Origin: an uncultured Acidobacteriota bacterium
Lineage (GTDB): Bacteria > Acidobacteriota > Thermoanaerobaculia > UBA5066 > DATFVB01
Assembly: GCA_963813155.1 (NCBI GenBank)
Contig: CAWEYG010000001.1
Coordinates: 384,001-448,000, forward strand
Direction: 5' to 3'
DNA: 64,000 bases
A program made the translations under genes and the position numbers. The notes below the pieces were generated by a model. The model saw only the letters and a program-made list of their open reading frames with translations. It ran no database searches and had not been told where the DNA came from. Every line of letters begins with the position of its first letter. Position 1 is the first letter of the stretch. Positions 14,855 to 24,358 of this stretch are shown here, piece by piece.

Positions 14855-16766
14855 TTCGCGTCGCCGACTACATCGCGCAATCGCTTGCTTCCCGCGGCGT
14901 CCGGGACGTCTTCATGGTCACCGGCGGCGGCGCCATGCACCTGAACGACGCGATCGGGCGCTGCAAGGAACTCTCGTACGTCTGCTGCCACCATGAGCAA
15001 GCCTGCGCGATGGCCGCCGCCAGTTACTATCGCTTGACCAACCGCCTTGCCGCGGTGAACGTCACGACCGGCCCGGGCGGCACGAACGCGATCACGGGCG
15101 TGTTCGGCGCGTGGGTCGAGTCTCTCGGAATGATCGTCATTTCCGGACAGGTCAAGTTCGAGACGACCGTGCGCAGCACGAACCTCCCGCTGCGCCAGCT
15201 CGGCGACCAGGAGCTCGACATCACCCGGCTCGTCGCCCCGATCACGAAATACGCCGTCATGGTGACCGACCCGTCGACGATCCGCTACCACCTGGAGAAG
15301 GCCCTGTACCTCGCGACGCGACGGCCGGCCGGGCCCCGTGTGGCTCGACATTCCGATGAACGTCCAGTCTGCCCAGATCGACCCCGACTCGCTCGAAGGG
15401 TTCGTCCCCGACCCCGCGCCTTCCGAGGAGGAGACGATCGCCGCTCTCGGTCCGGCCGCGGCGCAGGTTCAGGAACGGCTCTCGCGCGCGGAGCGTCCCG
15501 TGATCCTCGCGGGCAGCGGTATTCGCCTCGCGGGCGCGGAAAAGGAGTTTCTCGATCTCGTCGAGCGGCTCGGCATTCCGGTCGTCACGGGATTCAATGC
15601 CCACGACCTGGTCGGGCAGGATCATCCCTGCTACATCGGCCGCCAGGGGACGATCGGAGACCGGGCAGGAAACTTCGCGGTCCAGAACTCGGACGTCCTG
15701 CTCGTCGTCGGCTGCCGCTTGACGATCCGGCAGGTGAGCTACAACTGGGAGAACTTCGCCCGGGAGGCCTTCAAGATCATGGTGGACATGGACGACGCCG
15801 AGCTTCGAGAAGCCCACGATCAAAATCGATTTGCCGATCCATGCCGACGCGAAGGATTTCATCAGGGCGCTGGCGCAGTCGATAGCGTCACCCTCACCCG
15901 GCGCTTCGCGCCGGCCTCTCCCATCACGGGAGGGCGGTCTTCCCGCTCTCCCCTCGAGGGAGAGGGTCGGGCGAGGGGGCGGGCCTCCCCGCTTCGCTCC
16001 GTGGCTCGTCTGGTGCCTCGAACGGAAGACGAACGGTATCCCGTCGTTCTCCCCGAGTACTGGTCAGACGACTCGAAAGGAATCAACCCGTACTGTTTCG
16101 TCGACGCAGCTCTGTTCCGACATCTCCCGGACGACGCCATCGTCGTGACCGGCGACGGCACCGCCTGCATCACGGCGTTCCAGGCCGCCGCCTTGAAGCC
16201 CGGCCAGCGGCTCTACAGCGACGGCGGGAATGCCCCGATGGGGTTCGACCTTCCCGGTGCGATCGGGGCCGCCGTGGGAAGCGGGCGCAAGCCCGTCGTC
16301 TGCCTCGCCGGCGACGGCAGCATCCAGATGAACATCCAGGAACTCCAGACGATCGCCACGAATCGCCTGCCGATCACGATCTTCGTTCTGAACAACGGAG
16401 GGCTACCTGTCGATCCGGCTCACCCAGCAGAACTTCTTCCCGGACAATCCCGTCGGCACCGACCCCCGGAGCGGCGTGGGCATCCCCGACTTCGAGAAGA
16501 TCGCCGCAGCCTACGGCTTCCCGTACACGCGCTCTGAAGTCGCACGCGGAGATGGGGCCGAAGCTCGCACGGGTGCTCGCGAGTCCGGGCCCGCATGTTT
16601 GCGAGATCATCCTCGACCCCTCGCAGCCCTTCGCGCCGAAGACTTCGTCCCGGCGTCTCGCGGACGGCCGCATGATCTCCGCGCCCCTCGAGGACATGTT
16701 CCCGTTCCTGGATCGGGAGGAATTCGCCGGGAACATGATCGTTCCGACGCTGGGGCCTCTTCATGA
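14851..16766 (+). CDS. ThDP-dependent acetolactate-synthase-like enzyme (YerE-like); frameshifts
   Basis: VTGGGAMHLND, HHEQACAMAA, TTGPGGTN and the GDGSIQMNIQEL..VLNNGG ThDP motif. Sits inside a CDP-sugar operon. Confidence 0.88.
15890..15980. repeat. Pair of REP-like palindromes inside the ThDP-enzyme gene
   Basis: CCCTCACCCGGCGC-TTC-GCGCCGG-CCTCTCCC-ATCAC-GGGAGGG followed by CTCTCCC-CTCGA-GGGAGAG-GGTCGGGCGAGGGG. Confidence 0.7.
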
Positions 16767-17789
16767 AGGAAAGCGCGGAGAAGGCGCCACGGCTGACGAT
16801 CGTCATTCCGACGGTCAACCGCGCGTCCCTCGTTACTCGCGCCATCGACAGCGCGCTCGCCCAGACCTATCCCGACATCGAGATCATCGTGTCGAACAAC
16901 GGTTCGACGGACGACACCCGGAAGGTTCTCGATCGATATGAGGGCGCGCCGCGGCTGCGAATCATCCACCTCGAGAAAACCATTCCCGTCAACCCGCATG
17001 GCAATTTCCTGTTCGACCAGGCGAAGGGCGAATTCTTTCTCGGCCTCTCCGACGACGACTGGCTCGAACCCCAATTCGCGGAAAGGGTCGTCGAGGTTTT
17101 CGACCGTCACGCCGGGGTTGCATTCGTGTGGACCGGCTGCTGGATCCATTACGCGGATGTCGCGGTGCCGGCCAATACCGGGCCGGAGCTCGAATCCGGC
17201 GCCGAGTTCATCGCCGGGTTTTTTTCCAATCGGCGAAACGTCTGTTGGTGCGCGTGCGTAACGAGAACGGCCGATCTCCGGCGAATCGGACCGATCCCCG
17301 AGTCCGTCATCTGCGGCGACATGTTCTACTGGACAAAGCTGGCCGGTTTCGGCGCGGTCGGGTGCGTCTCCGATCCGCTTTCTCACTACGTCTGCTACCG
17401 CGACGGCGGCAACGGAATCGCCGGCGGCGCCCAGATCCCCGCGTGGGGATTTGAAATGGACGAATGGGCTCGGGACATGCTCGGAATCAACCGGTCAAAT
17501 TCTCCGGAAAGCCCGGCGACGAAGGTCGTGGAAGCCGAGGCGGCCGAGTTCGTCGCGCGATCGACGGCCGACCAGTTCGTCTGGAAAGCGCTGCGGGGAG
17601 CCAGCCGCCGGTCTCTGCTATCGGCCCTTCCTTCCACGCTCCCCCTTCTTCGGAAGGGACGGCCGACGCTCTGGATTCGCGCTGCTGGCGGCGCTCTTCG
17701 GACCTCGCTGGCTTCTGAGGAACCGAGTCCTCGCGGAAGCGGCTCGAAAGGCGCAGCGCGGCCCGCGTAAAGAGGACGGCGAACATTGA
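16763..17789 (+). CDS. Glycosyltransferase family 2; probable frameshift near 17680
   Basis: TIVIPTVNR, SALAQTY, VSNNGSTD, LSDDDWL. Confidence 0.88.
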
Positions 17790-19057
17790 GGAGCCGGGCG
17801 ATTCTCGCCATGTCGAGTATGGCGAGCGGCGGGGTGGCTCTACTCGCCGTCGCATGGCTCGCGACCCGACGCCTGACACCTGAAGAACTGGGGTTTTTCT
17901 TCACGTTCATCAGTTTCGGGGCTCTAGTCCAGCTCGCCGATTTCGGCCTGTCCTACGCCTCTCTTCAAACGGCGGGCACATTGGCGGGAACGGGGCGCCT
18001 CGACGAGATTCGCCCCTTGGCAAGCCGCGTCCGACGTTGGAATCTGGCGGCTGCGTCCATCAGCGGGGTTGCGGTCACGATCCTCGGCGCCCTGACGCTC
18101 GGTTCCTCAAGGGCTTCAAGTGGCGGAGTGTCGTGGCGGGGGCCATGGTTCGCGTACATGGCAGCGGTCTTTCTCGTTCAACTCACCTTACCAGGCGTTT
18201 CTCTGAGAGAGGGGGCCGGGAAGATCACCCAGGCCTGGCGCCTCCGCCTCATCCAGGAGTGGTTCAGCGGAGCCGCCTGTCTTGCCGCCCTTCTCTTCGG
18301 CGGCCGTCTTTGGAGTCTCGCGGCTTTTGCCGTCGCCCGTGCGACAGTCGCTGCGGCATGGCTCCTCCTTGGCGACCCGATGTCCGGCGGCAGGGCACAA
18401 CTCTCACGATATCCGCTCCATAGGTGGATGACCGAGGCTTGGCCTTTCCAATGGAAGATTGGTTTGAGCAGCCTGTCCGGGTTTCTCATCTTTCGTGCCT
18501 TTTCCCCGATCGTTCTCGTCGAGAAGGGCCCGGTTGCCGCAGGTCAGTTCGGCCTCGCCATCGCCATCATGAATCTCTTGATCAACGTCAGCTCGGCCTG
18601 GCCCGCAAGTGAAAAGGCCAAATACGCGACGCGCGTCGCCGCCGGCCGGATCCGTGAGCTCCGCCGCGAGTTTCCCGTGCTTCTCATGGGATCGACGGCA
18701 TTCGCGATCGCGGCGGCTGCCGGTTCGTCCCTCGCGCTCCGGTGGGCGCGCCAGAAGGGATTCGTCTTCGCGGCCCATCTGACCGACCCGACGACGACCA
18801 CGATCATCCTGGCCACCGCCGTCGCCCACCACGTCGTCATCTGCTATGCGTTGTTTCTGCGAGCCGAGGGACGCGAGCCACTCCTCATTCCGAGCGTCGT
18901 CGGGGGACTTATTACGGTGCTCGCGATTTGGGCGGCGGCCCACTTTGGCTCACTGCGGTCAATCGCGATCACGAATTTCGCATGTGGTCTCGCCGGTATT
19001 CCGGTTGCGATTCTGCTTCTTCGATCCCGCTACCACTTCCACACCTTGAGAGAATGA
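17786..19057 (+). CDS. Wzx-like oligosaccharide flippase
   Basis: About 12 TM helices and N-terminal LTPEELGFFF..QLADFGL, in a glycan operon. Confidence 0.75.
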   Translation: MRSRAILAMSSMASGGVALLAVAWLATRRLTPEELGFFFTFISFGALVQLADFGLSYASLQTAGTLAGTGRLDEIRPLASRVRRWNLAAASISGVAVTILGALTLGSSRASSGGVSWRGPWFAYMAAVFLVQLTLPGVSLREGAGKITQAWRLRLIQEWFSGAACLAALLFGGRLWSLAAFAVARATVAAAWLLLGDPMSGGRAQLSRYPLHRWMTEAWPFQWKIGLSSLSGFLIFRAFSPIVLVEKGPVAAGQFGLAIAIMNLLINVSSAWPASEKAKYATRVAAGRIRELRREFPVLLMGSTAFAIAAAAGSSLALRWARQKGFVFAAHLTDPTTTTIILATAVAHHVVICYALFLRAEGREPLLIPSVVGGLITVLAIWAAAHFGSLRSIAITNFACGLAGIPVAILLLRSRYHFHTLRE

Positions 19058-19072
19058 CCGCGATCGCCGCGA

Positions 19073-19903
19073 TCAATCGACCAGCACTCCCGTGGTAGGA
19101 AGCGCCTGTTCCGAAGGTTCGAGATACGCCACCGCATCGACCCCGTTTTCGGTGATCTTGTAGCCCTTCTGTCCGAGATAAAGGTAACACTCCTGGCGGA
19201 CTCTGCCGACGAGAAGCGCTTGCTCGAAGTTGATGATAGTAGGACGCGTCGTTTCGAAGTCGATCATCTTGATGATCTCGAAGTCGAACCCCTCGGTATC
19301 GATCTGGAGCAAATCAATTCGCGAGAGCCCATGGCGAGCGACCAACTCCGAGAACGTAAGCGTGGGAACGACGATTTCCTCGATGGACCCCGTGATCCCG
19401 TCGAAGTTATGAACGAGATGTTCCCGCGAGAAGCTCGCAAGGCAGTCAGCCCAATCGGGTACTCCGGGCCCGGGACGAAAACGGTACAGGGTGGCCTCGC
19501 CATGGGTTGCTCCCACGGCGGAATTCTCGAACGCCAGCCCTGGTACCGAGTCGTAGTTCCGAACCAACCGGGCGAACGCGGCCGGCTGAGGCTCGACCAG
19601 GACTCCCCGAAACCCATGCCGGATGATCAGACGGCGGAGTGGGTCGTTTGTCCGCCCATCGTTCGCCCCGATCTGAACAAACGTGAAAGCGTCCGGCCTT
19701 TCGCCGTTGAGGACCATCCGCAGCAAGACGTCGCTGATGGCAAGGGCGAGAACGTTGTTTCCCGGCGGACGAGGCCAGTATCGCTCGATGTCGACGCCCA
19801 GGAGCCGCGCCCGCTCCCGAATCCACAAGAAGCTCTGGCGAAGAGACAACGAGAGGCGGTCAAATCCACCGCGTCGTTGGCCGGAGTCGTCCCCTGTGCT
19901 CAC
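19073..19903 (-). CDS. FkbM family SAM-dependent methyltransferase
   Basis: FVQIGANDG, VLVEP, LLQIDTEGFD. Confidence 0.9.
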   Translation of the reverse strand: MSTGDDSGQRRGGFDRLSLSLRQSFLWIRERARLLGVDIERYWPRPPGNNVLALAISDVLLRMVLNGERPDAFTFVQIGANDGRTNDPLRRLIIRHGFRGVLVEPQPAAFARLVRNYDSVPGLAFENSAVGATHGEATLYRFRPGPGVPDWADCLASFSREHLVHNFDGITGSIEEIVVPTLTFSELVARHGLSRIDLLQIDTEGFDFEIIKMIDFETTRPTIINFEQALLVGRVRQECYLYLGQKGYKITENGVDAVAYLEPSEQALPTTGVLVD

Positions 19904-20231
19904 CTCGCGAATATTAAGCTACCTTGATTCGTCGAGTTCCCCCCGCCCGGCGTTCGGCGCCACCGCGGCAGCCGGATACGTCCAAAACGAGTATTTCGCG
20001 GAAACGGCATGCCCGCTCCAGTCTTCGACGAACTCTTCGCCCACGGACACAACCATCCTCAGCTCTTTCAACCCTTTGCAGCCATACCCTCTCGCCCCCC
20101 GCTGACTTCACTGTCGCCCCGAGTCCGCCCCAGGGCGAGCGGATTCAAGCGCCTGGAGGTGGTGTACAATTCCCCAACGCCTCCTGAATGCCCGGAGAGC
20201 GAGCCTTTTCACGAATCCCGCGGAGGAGCCC

Positions 20232-21470
20232 ATGACGACGCCCACGACGATTCACGACTTCAAGCCCGGCGATACCGTTCTTTCCTGCAAGTATATCGAA
20301 ATGGGCTCCTGTTTCGAGCCGGAAGGAATTCATTGCTGCATTCAGGGCACCGTCAGATCTCCTCGCATCATCACGGCCGACGAAATCCGGACCGGTAAAG
20401 CGACTTATGACTTGGTCGTCCAGCGAAGGCGTGACCTGTTCGACACGATTAACGATCCCTCCGTGGGGCCGCCGGATCCCTGCAGAACATGCGCCAATCT
20501 CAAGCCGACGAAATATCGGAACGTGAGCTTCGAATATCTGGGCGGCGAGAAATTGACCGCTGGCCTTAACATTCAGCACTTCACCGACTGCAATCAGCGC
20601 TGTAAGTATTGTGTTTGGACAATACAAGATTATTTCGTCAAGCCCCAGTACGACCCGCTTCCTTACCTGGAGGAATTCAGGAAGGCAGGAAAACTTCGCG
20701 GCAACAATTGGATTGACTTCAGTGGCGGTGAGCCGTCCACGCTCAAGAATTTTCCAGAGCTCCTGGGTTATCTGCTCGATAACAACATGGGGACGGTCGT
20801 CGTCTATTCGAATTCTGTCATTTTCAGTCAAGCGATCTACGACGCCCTGAAGCAGAATAAGATCATCTTGACGACATCTCTGGATGCGGGAACGCCTTCG
20901 ACTTACAAGAAAGTCAGGGCCATGAACGCTTATCCGACCGTCCTCAGGAATTTGATCCGCTATCGGAACAGTGGAACGAAGGGGTTGTGGCTCAAATACA
21001 TCATTACAGATGACAACAGAACAGACGATGATCTCTGGGGTTTCGCGCAGGCGATGCTGGCGCTTCGGCCGGACAAGATCCAGATATGCCCGGATTTCCC
21101 TTACGGCGAACGCCAGTTGCCCGAGGAGACGGTCCAATTTGCCGCCAGGATGTTTCATATCCTGGAAAGGTTGACGGGAATGAAACCGGTGGACTACACG
21201 ACCGATTTCGGCGATCCGAAATGGGTGAAATACCACGAGGACCTGGCGAAGGCGATTCAGGAGCTGGCGGAGAAAAATCCCTATGGGGACCATGAGCGCT
21301 TCCAGAAACTGAAACCATCCTCGACGATGCGAAACCTGACCGTCGCGTTGCGAAACAAAATCGATCGGTTTTGGCACAGCGGGTTTCGCGGGAAGGTGCT
21401 GCCTCCCGGAAGCGCCAGGGAAAGATGGGCCACCAATACCTACCGGCGCACCCTTGCACGCTTTGTCTAG
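20232..21470 (+). CDS. Radical SAM protein with Cys-rich N-terminal extension
   Basis: CNQRCKYC motif, FSGGEP and SLDAG. GGAGG RBS; AT-richer than its flanks. Confidence 0.85.
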   Translation: MTTPTTIHDFKPGDTVLSCKYIEMGSCFEPEGIHCCIQGTVRSPRIITADEIRTGKATYDLVVQRRRDLFDTINDPSVGPPDPCRTCANLKPTKYRNVSFEYLGGEKLTAGLNIQHFTDCNQRCKYCVWTIQDYFVKPQYDPLPYLEEFRKAGKLRGNNWIDFSGGEPSTLKNFPELLGYLLDNNMGTVVVYSNSVIFSQAIYDALKQNKIILTTSLDAGTPSTYKKVRAMNAYPTVLRNLIRYRNSGTKGLWLKYIITDDNRTDDDLWGFAQAMLALRPDKIQICPDFPYGERQLPEETVQFAARMFHILERLTGMKPVDYTTDFGDPKWVKYHEDLAKAIQELAEKNPYGDHERFQKLKPSSTMRNLTVALRNKIDRFWHSGFRGKVLPPGSARERWATNTYRRTLARFV

Positions 21471-21533
21471 CCGCCACAGATCTCGGAGACGGATGCGTTT
21501 ACGAGCGCATACTGCCGCTCGTGTAGAGAGCTG

Positions 21534-22655
21534 ATGCCAGAAACAGACTCCATCTTCGACGAACTGTTCGTGCTCGAGCTCGCCAACAACCACTGGGGCA
21601 AACTCGAACGAGGCCTCAAGATCATCGAAGACTTCGGGAAGGTCGTTCGCTACAACAACGTCAAGGCGGCCATCAAGCTTCAGTTCCGGGACGTCGACAA
21701 CTTTATCCACCGCGACTTCCGGGACCGAACGGACATTCGCTACATCAAGAAGACGATCGACACGCAGCTCTCGAAAGATCAGTACCGGGAGCTCACCGAA
21801 GCGATCCGGGCGAGCAACTGCCTGCGCATGGCGACTCCGTTCGACGAAGCCTCGGTCGATCTCTGCGTCGAGCTCTCGATGGACATCATCAAGATCGCGA
21901 GCTCCGACATCAACGACTGGATCCTGATCGAGAAGATCGCGAAGACGCGAAAACCGGTCATCGCGTCGACAGGAGGCTCCTCGCTCAAGGATACGGACGA
22001 CCTCGTGAAGTTCTTTCGCAACCGCAACATCCCGCTGGCCATCAACCACTGCGTTTCCCTCTATCCCAGCGAAGACGCCGACCTCGAGCTCAATCAGGTC
22101 GACTTCCTGCGAGATCGCTACCCGGACCTGACGATCGGATTCTCGACCCACGAGTACCACGACTGGACGTCGTCGATCATGATGGCGTACGCGAAGGGCG
22201 CGCGAACGTTCGAGCGCCACATCGACATCGAGGCCGACGGAATTGCCGTCTCGCCGTACTGCACGCTGCCCGAGCAGTGCGACCAGTGGTTCAAGGCATT
22301 CAAGAAGGCGAAAGAGATGTGCGGAGCGCCGGGCTCGCAGAAGCGGATTCCTCCGCCGAAAGAGACCGCCTACCTCGACGCTCTCGTTCGCGGGGTCTAT
22401 GCCCGGTACGACCTTCCCAAGGGATACCGCATCCACGACGACGACGTTTACCTCGCGATCCCGCTCCAGAAGGGACAGATTTCCTGCCGTGAGCTGATCG
22501 CCGGCGAGCCGCTGACGCGCGAAGTCAAAGCGAACGAACCCGTCAAGGTCGACATGTTCGACACGCCCTACGCGCACAATCCCGAGCTCCGCCGGATCGT
22601 CGAGGAGCGCGGGATCGATCCCCCCGCGGCCCCGCCCCTGCGAAGCGTGAAGTAG
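21534..22655 (+). CDS. N-acetylneuraminate synthase family protein (NeuB/SpsE-like) with SAF-like C-terminus
   Basis: ELANNHWG, IKLQ, TPFDE, KIASSD, STGG, HCVSLYP, GFSTH, FERH. Confidence 0.9.
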   Translation: MPETDSIFDELFVLELANNHWGKLERGLKIIEDFGKVVRYNNVKAAIKLQFRDVDNFIHRDFRDRTDIRYIKKTIDTQLSKDQYRELTEAIRASNCLRMATPFDEASVDLCVELSMDIIKIASSDINDWILIEKIAKTRKPVIASTGGSSLKDTDDLVKFFRNRNIPLAINHCVSLYPSEDADLELNQVDFLRDRYPDLTIGFSTHEYHDWTSSIMMAYAKGARTFERHIDIEADGIAVSPYCTLPEQCDQWFKAFKKAKEMCGAPGSQKRIPPPKETAYLDALVRGVYARYDLPKGYRIHDDDVYLAIPLQKGQISCRELIAGEPLTREVKANEPVKVDMFDTPYAHNPELRRIVEERGIDPPAAPPLRSVK

Positions 22656-22659
22656 CTCC

Positions 22660-24291
22660 TCACTCTCGCGCCGTCTTTTGGATCATCTTCGTTACCCGAA
22701 TCGAATATCCCGATTCTGCGAAATCCGCGTCGGAAACGACCTGGTAGCGCCGTCGAAGCCGTTGAAATCCGGCGGCGTTGTCGACGTTCGGAAAGGCGAC
22801 GTAATAGAGCTCCGAAGGAGGATTCCGGGAGATGAGGACGTCCGCGCTCGTCATGTAGCGCGGTCGCACGACGTTCTCCATCCGGAGCGTCCGACGAAAC
22901 GTCGTGGCGTCGAGAAGACCGTCGATGAACCATTCCTCGAGGCCGTCTTTGACGATCGCGGTCTTCATCGTCGGTCGGATCGATGCGTAAATCCGGTCCT
23001 GGATCGTCGCCAGGTGCGTGAATTCGAGGTTGTAAACGAGCTGATCGCGGCCATAGCCGCAGCACTCTCCGGTCAACGAAGTCATCTTGAGCATCGAATG
23101 ACTGCCGAAGTCGAACGTTCCGTAGACAGCGCGAGAGAGCGGGTCGACGGTTCGAAAGACGGAAATGAGACTGAGAGCCAGAAACCCCGCGAGGACGGCG
23201 AGGCGCGCCCCGCGGGAAAGAAAGACGATTCGGACGGAAATGACGAACACCGCAAGAACCATCGGGTAGACCGGAAGAAGATAGCGAAGGTTCGCAAACG
23301 TCGAAAATCGAGTCAGCGCGACCGCCGAACAAAAGGAGAAAGCGACGACGACCGCGGCGGGCATGCTCTCGACGCCGGCTCGCGCGGCCGCGCGTGTCCA
23401 TGACCGAACCCGAAAGAAGACCAGAATCGCGGCCAGAATCACGATCGTCCATACCCAGTGGAAGTTGACGATCCAGATTCCCGCGCCGTAGGAGAGTCGG
23501 CTGAGATCGTGCGGATCCGGGATCAGAGCGCGACCGATTACGTTCTGATTCTCGGCTGCGATCGGGCTTCGCCAGATCACGGCGCGACCCTTCGACCAGG
23601 CGAAGAGAAAGACCGCTCCCCAGGAAAGAAAAGGAAGGAATGCAAAGGTCCGCTTCAACATCTGAACGGCTCGGGGCCTCGGCGTGGAAGGATCGAGCCA
23701 CCACTGGACGACGAAGATCCCCGTCGCGAACAGATAAAGGATGACACCGGATTCCTTGGAGGAAACCAGGAAGAGACCGGCGACGAGACCCGAACGGTAA
23801 CGACCTTCGAGCAGGAATGCGAGGTAAAGAAGGGAGAACACCATGACTCCCGTGTCGGGGTTGAAGCTCTGTTCGGATGCCAGCACGATGGGAAGAGCCG
23901 CGAACGCGAGGGTGGCGAGCAGTCGCTCGGAAGCATCCGCTGCCGACGGAATGAGACTTCGCAGGATCCCTCGGAATCCCCAGATCCCCAGGATCGCCAG
24001 GACGAGTTGGGAAAGATTCAGAAGAACGGCGTTCCCAAGATCCAGGTATTGACCGAGGGATGACCAGAGCATGAAGAGCATCGTGGGATGTCCGAAAACA
24101 TCGAAATTCAGGAGATTGAACGGCAGCCGGACGGCCGCACGCAGGCTCTCGAAATAGTTCCGGCTGTCCCAGATCGGAACGAATGCGAGATGGCGCCCGA
24201 GAATGAGCGCGGTCAGGAGCGCAGGGCCGGCGACAGAATCCTGTTTCCGCACGAAATCTCGAAATTTGCTTCCTTCTGAAATGGGCTTCAC
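22660..24291 (-). CDS. GT-C-like polytopic membrane glycosyltransferase
   Basis: PIWDSRNYF..GHPTML loop, SKESG, RYLLP, then a periplasmic C-terminal domain. Confidence 0.7.
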   Translation of the reverse strand: MKPISEGSKFRDFVRKQDSVAGPALLTALILGRHLAFVPIWDSRNYFESLRAAVRLPFNLLNFDVFGHPTMLFMLWSSLGQYLDLGNAVLLNLSQLVLAILGIWGFRGILRSLIPSAADASERLLATLAFAALPIVLASEQSFNPDTGVMVFSLLYLAFLLEGRYRSGLVAGLFLVSSKESGVILYLFATGIFVVQWWLDPSTPRPRAVQMLKRTFAFLPFLSWGAVFLFAWSKGRAVIWRSPIAAENQNVIGRALIPDPHDLSRLSYGAGIWIVNFHWVWTIVILAAILVFFRVRSWTRAAARAGVESMPAAVVVAFSFCSAVALTRFSTFANLRYLLPVYPMVLAVFVISVRIVFLSRGARLAVLAGFLALSLISVFRTVDPLSRAVYGTFDFGSHSMLKMTSLTGECCGYGRDQLVYNLEFTHLATIQDRIYASIRPTMKTAIVKDGLEEWFIDGLLDATTFRRTLRMENVVRPRYMTSADVLISRNPPSELYYVAFPNVDNAAGFQRLRRRYQVVSDADFAESGYSIRVTKMIQKTARE

Positions 24292-24358
24292 TGGGTTTCG
24301 GATTATATTGGTGGCCGGGGAGGCCGACGCCGGTCGGAATGCTATTCTCCCCGCGGTC

